DNA from: Octopus sinensis
Lineage: Eukaryota
Assembly: GCF_006345805.1 (NCBI RefSeq)
Contig: NC_042998.1
Coordinates: 186,186,001-186,250,000, forward strand
Reading direction: 5' to 3'
DNA length: 64,000 nucleotides
Shown piece after piece: positions 58,748 to 64,000 of this stretch; within the stretch, counting starts at the first letter, position 1; the number at the start of each line of letters is the position of its first letter. Both the position numbers and the translations under genes were made by a program. The notes under the pieces were generated by a model, which saw nothing but the letters and a program-made list of their open reading frames with translations, made no database searches and was not told the origin of the DNA.

Positions 58748-59150
58748 GTCGAGTTGGCAGAAATGTTTGCATGCCAGGCAAAATGCTTAGCAGTATTTCA
58801 TCTGTCTCTACGTTCTGAGTTCAAATTCTGCCAAGGTCGACTTTGCCTTTCATCCTTTCAGGATCGATAAATTAAGTACCTGTTGCATACTGCGATCAAT
58901 CTAATTGACTGGCCACCTCCCCTGAAATTTTGGGCATTGTGCCTAGAGTAGAAAAGAACTGTTAGCACACCTAACAAAATGCTTAGCAGCATTCTACTCA
59001 TCTTTAAGTTTCGAGTTCAAATTCTGCTGTGTTTGACTTTGCCTCTTATACTTGATAAAATAAGCACCAACCATGTACTAGGGGTGTTGTAATCTTCTTC
59101 CTCTTATGCTCAGAAACTACTAGCTCTGTGCCAAAATTTGAAATTATTTT
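58748..59150 (+). mobile_element. Two tandem B-related SINE copies
   Basis: Same head and core motifs; the second copy is more degenerate. Confidence 0.7.
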
Positions 59151-59608
59151 CAATGTTTGCTGTAGCAAACTGACATATCAACCCCCTTTTCCTCTTTTTC
59201 ATATACATATTAGAGAAAGCTGAGAAATATAATTATATTGTACAATGTGTGATAAGGACTCTAATATAGGACTCTAATAAAATTACAAAGAATTTTTGTA
59301 TTCTAGAATGACTGCTTTGATTTTTTCTTTTTTTTTTTTTTCAAGAACTAATGTAAAATTTGAAATTTGTTAAGCCATTGTTATCATTCAAAAACTTTCT
59401 ACTAATGTTTTTGTCAGAATTACAGAAAATTTTTTTTTTTAATGAAGGAAAAAAAAATCAGCATCTTGCTTATTTGATAATGTTGTTGTTATTGTTGTGT
59501 ATTTTTATGGTTGTTATTGTTGTGTACATTTATTGTTGTATTAGTAAAAAATTGTTCCTTTATATGTTATGGTGCTAATCTTTTATCTGTGACATTTGCT
59601 GCCCACAG

Positions 59609-59635
59609 ATTGAATGCTCCCAGTCAACCATGGAG
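59609..59635 (+). CDS. Candidate 27-nt in-phase IP3R microexon, (R)LNAPSQPW(R)
   Basis: ttgctgcccacag|ATTGAATGCTCCCAGTCAACCATGGAG|gtattt; phase 2-2 fits the intron after 50867. No homology support. Confidence 0.3.
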
Positions 59636-60002
59636 GTATTTTATTCCATAGCTCTGCTGCATTCACTAGCTGCATTCATTAGCAGTTGTTGTTCTGTTGC
59701 CCAAATTGCACTTCCATCTCTTTTCCCTGCTCTATTAAGCAGTCACTATCACTCTATTCACCATTGTCACAAACAAATAATGTCTACCATATACATATGC
59801 ACTCAAACACATACACAGACGCAAACACAAACTCACACATATAACTCATTTCAAACCTCACTTGGTATCACATATTTTCTGCCTTTCATTCTATCCCATA
59901 AATATAAACAAATATGAATCATATTTACACAGCTTGTAATGGTGCATAAACGGTAAACTAAATCCACTGAAAAATCACTTTCCTAAAGCCATGAAACATA
60001 TA

Positions 60003-60056
<54 letters not shown>

Positions 60057-61585
60057 GTTTTGAACTAAATTCCTATTCTTTTTGAATGGTTAGTCTTTAT
60101 TGCATTGAAAGTTTAAAAATTGTTTTCCTTAAAATCATTGAATATTAAGATAATCAAGAATTATTAAATATGCTTGTAATTGGAATGAGCAATTGGTTTG
60201 TTTGGTTAATAAATATTTTGATATATCACATAGTTCCTTATCAGCCAAATATAATTAATACTTTGAACTTTTAAGTCCTTTGAAGATTCTAATTATAATT
60301 AATCCATGAATGTTAAAATGTTGCTATTAATACTTTATCAAATTCAAAAACAATTTAAACTTACAGCTGCAATACTTCGTTCATTATCAAATAAATATAA
60401 CATATCTAGCTGAAGAAATGTATTTTTATGGAAACTTAAACTGGCTGTGTGTAATATGATTCTTTGTTGTGTGAAATTTCTAGGAATTTTCTTGATGGCA
60501 TGGAAGATCATGGTGACTCTCTGAATTCCTTCCTATTCCAATATCATATAATTGTCTATATTTTCTAAAAACAAAACATGTTTCTTATTTCTATGTTGTA
60601 GTCTCCTCTTTTCCTATCCTTTTACATTCTTTATTTTTAATGTTTGGTGTATGTTTATTTTATTTTTGACTCTCTGTGTGTTTATTAAATTTCTGAAAAT
60701 TACAATACCTCTAACCAGCTTTTAATTAGATGTTTTCAAGTTTATAGCATATTAAAAACTCTTTTTCATCTCTTCTTAAGGTGCTTCTCCAGAAAATATT
60801 TAAAAACAAAATTACTTAGCAAAAATTTCAGCCAAGGAAGAATTAAGCCAGAAATTTCATGAAAGTTATTTTGAGTTCTTCTGTTAGGAATAAAAACCAG
60901 TAAAGTTTTGTGTAACTAGTGGTTATTTGGTGGGAGTTCTATTTAGCTTTAAATTTACAAGTGTTAAAAAATAATCTGAAGTTGATAAAACATATTTACA
61001 TAAGACAGAAAGGTTTTTTTTTTAAATTTATTTATAAGTATTTGATTACATTAGAATATGTCCAAATGCCATGCTTAGCTAAAAAGGAAATTCAAAATCA
61101 ACTATACTTGATACTATAATATTGATCTAGATTCTAAGTTTGCAAAGGAACTGAGCTGTGATTGTTTTTCCATCTCACAAGTTTCAGATACCCGATTTGG
61201 TTGTTTTGCAAGCATTCAATTCATTGAACATACTCAAATTCATTATTTCCAAAGACTTTAAATGTCTATAAGAAATGCTAAATGAATGTTACAAGAAAAT
61301 GTTTGCTCTTATGTATTAAAATGTGTAGGAGTTAGATGCAAGTATGTATCTGACTCATACACTGTTCACTTTCCAGACATTTGTACATTACTGCATATGC
61401 TTTATACGCACCTTTGACAAGTTGTGGTGCACCTGAGCACTGTATACAATAATTTCATTAGTATTATTATTAAAATAATTGTTTAAAGATTTTTATAAGA
61501 GTGGAGACATGACTATTATGCAGCAGCTGCAGAACTGTTTCTATATGGGATAGGAGCTAATGGATATACAGAATTTGAAATTGTA

Positions 61586-61640
<55 letters not shown>

Positions 61641-63538
61641 TCTATCTCTCCGTCTCACACACACAGAGCTTATGTACACGTCTTCTTACAAACATGCAGT
61701 AGGTAGACCAAACAAAACATATTTGTAGTTAGATGTAGAGGCAATCAAAGCAGGTTCAGCTAGGTGAGTAACAATACTGATGGTGATGGTGGGATACTTA
61801 AATGAAAAGTGCAGATCAAAGAAATATTTAAGAGTTAAATGCCAACCAATGTAACTAATATCAACTTCCACACATAACTTTGCCTTTTTATCTCAAACTA
61901 TTATGTTTAGATTATCTCAAGAACTAAAACCAAATATTTACATACATCTTACTCTTGCAATTTTGTAAAATCAACAATTATTCCTTAACTTTATACTGGA
62001 AAGGAATTGGTAGTTTTTTTTTTTTTTTCATTCAGTGTATTTATAAATATGTTTTATCATCTTCTTGTCTTTAACATCTTTATGCTGTTAGAGTTAAGGT
62101 TAATTCTATGTTTCATGTTGGCTGGAGCTGAAGGCAAACTGGACGTGTTAGCCAAGTACTTGCCTTCCAACAGGAAGAGAATGTGTCATAATGCTGAATA
62201 AAACTGTATTATAGACATAGCAATAAAGGGATACTAGAATAATATTGCTTTTTCTATTGAGGGTTTAGGAAGAAAGCATACTAATCTCCACATAAGCCTC
62301 AGAAAAGAGTCCAACATTAAATTAATATTTTATATACAGCAGATAAAATGTGAGAGTAATGAAATTATAGGATAATTATTACTTTTATATAGAATAAAAT
62401 AAAATAAATTAAAAAGGCTTTTTAGAAATGTTTATTGCAGTTAAAAATAATAAAGAATAAAAATAATCATTGTAATAAGAATTTAAAGTAATCATTATAA
62501 TGGAATCATTTTCATTTGTTGGATTTTTCTTTTTTTTTTGTGATAAAAATGCTTTTTTTTTCTTATCAAGTTTTGTTATTTCCAATTTTCTGTATAATTT
62601 CTGCATGTTTTTATTTTGAAGTTATTGATAGCTATATGAGTTTTACCTATTCTATCCTAAATCCTTTGAACTTGTAATTTATGCTAAATGAATCTTTCAT
62701 GTAAATTGACTTCCTTCTGTGCAAAGAAGATTTTCAAAGAGAGAAATTGAATTGCAACCCTTTTCAATCAGTTGCAAGACAGAACTCAAATGCTGCATAT
62801 TTGATGCATGCCCAGTTTTAGTTATTGCATTTAGTTGTTTTGATTTATTATATTGTGTTACCTGTTTTTCTTTTAATGAGCCACATTTCACCAATAATAC
62901 ACACACACACACACAAATTTTATGCAAACCAAAAATTTTAATTTTAAATCAGGTAGGAAATTGTTCCAGTATTTTCATGTATTTAACCTGTAAATTTATC
63001 TTTTATTAAGAAATCTTTGTCAAGTTACGTTCCTGCACATGCATGCACACACACGTGTACACACACACACACACATAAACACACGCACACAAACACACAA
63101 TTCAAAAACATGTAAGGTAATACATCGAAGTACAGCTAAAATGTCAGATCAATAATTGACCAGAATGGATAACAATTTAGATTGAACTATTTTCTCTTTT
63201 CCAGAATTTTACACTTTTATCATAAAATAACTAGTCATATCTTAAGTAAGATAACATCTTAACTAAGACTCACATTCCCCACTTACACCAATGTAAATAT
63301 ATATATTCATAATCCTCACTTAATATCAAATTTTCCATGCTCGTATGAGTCAGACAGAATTTGTTGAAGTAAAATTTCTACAGCTGGATGCCCTTCCTGT
63401 TGCTAACCTGCACCTGTTTCCAAGCAAGGTAACATTTCCCATGGTCAGACATATCTTGTCATGGATGGGAAGTGAACAACATTGCTTGTATGGCAATGAT
63501 GCTCATTTACAATCAACATGTGATGTCAAGACAAGGGT

Positions 63539-63589
<51 letters not shown>

Positions 63590-64000
63590 CACACATGTAC
63601 TATTATATATGATGGGCTCCTTTCAATTTCTGCCTACCAAATCTGCTTACAAGGCTTTGGTCAGCCGAGGGCTATAGTAGCAGACAATTGCCTAAGATAC
63701 TGCACAACTGGACTGAATCTGAGACTACATGATTGGGAAGCAAACTTCTTGACCACACACTTGACCATGCATATACACACACACACTGACCACACAGGGC
63801 AAAAGTACTTTTACAAGTCCTCATTATAGTTAAAACACCACTTACATTTTAGCGATGTTTCTCACAGCAGTACCTCACCATATTTTAACTTAATGTCACA
63901 TATATTTTAATCGGTTGTGTTAAATTGAATAAAATTAGATATAATGATAAAAAATTATTTGCTTCTTTTCTTTTGTTGATTATTTTGTATCTATTTCTCG

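Noticed and set aside
61901-61930. LDYL as the next IP3R exon (FLDYLSDLC)
   Set aside because: A stop follows within three codons and the acceptor phase does not fit; the next constitutive exon was not found in the window.

Overview
AT-rich, microsatellite-dense animal genomic DNA. The tRNA-derived SINE families and repeat landscape are most consistent with a coleoid cephalopod such as Octopus (inference). The only host gene I can support is an inositol 1,4,5-trisphosphate receptor (Itpr) on the + strand. Nine GT-AG exons (16693-50867, 1223 nt, phases compatible) encode the end of the suppressor domain and the IP3-binding core. The flanking exons were not found and appear to lie outside the window. 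The introns hold at least four SINE-like families, RTE, Tx1/L1, CR1-like and Gypsy relics, a mariner relic, hAT, piggyBac and pogo-type MITEs, and a Helitron-like element. The main hunt result is a set of fold-back insertions with asymmetric tails carrying minimal type I hammerhead ribozyme motifs, resembling Penelope-like inverted pseudo-LTRs. One (45007-46557) has ~290-bp near-perfect arms, a hammerhead in each arm and ~10 telomeric CCCTAA units at the inversion junction. Another carries a U3:A8 compensatory-core hammerhead, and four more carry decayed motifs. Other leads are a ~480-bp inverted duplication bracketing three exons, three codons where A-to-I editing would restore the human ITPR1 residue, a 27-nt in-phase microexon candidate, and a shared target motif for one SINE family. 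All coordinates and alignments were read by eye and no searches were run; repeat boundaries are approximate.
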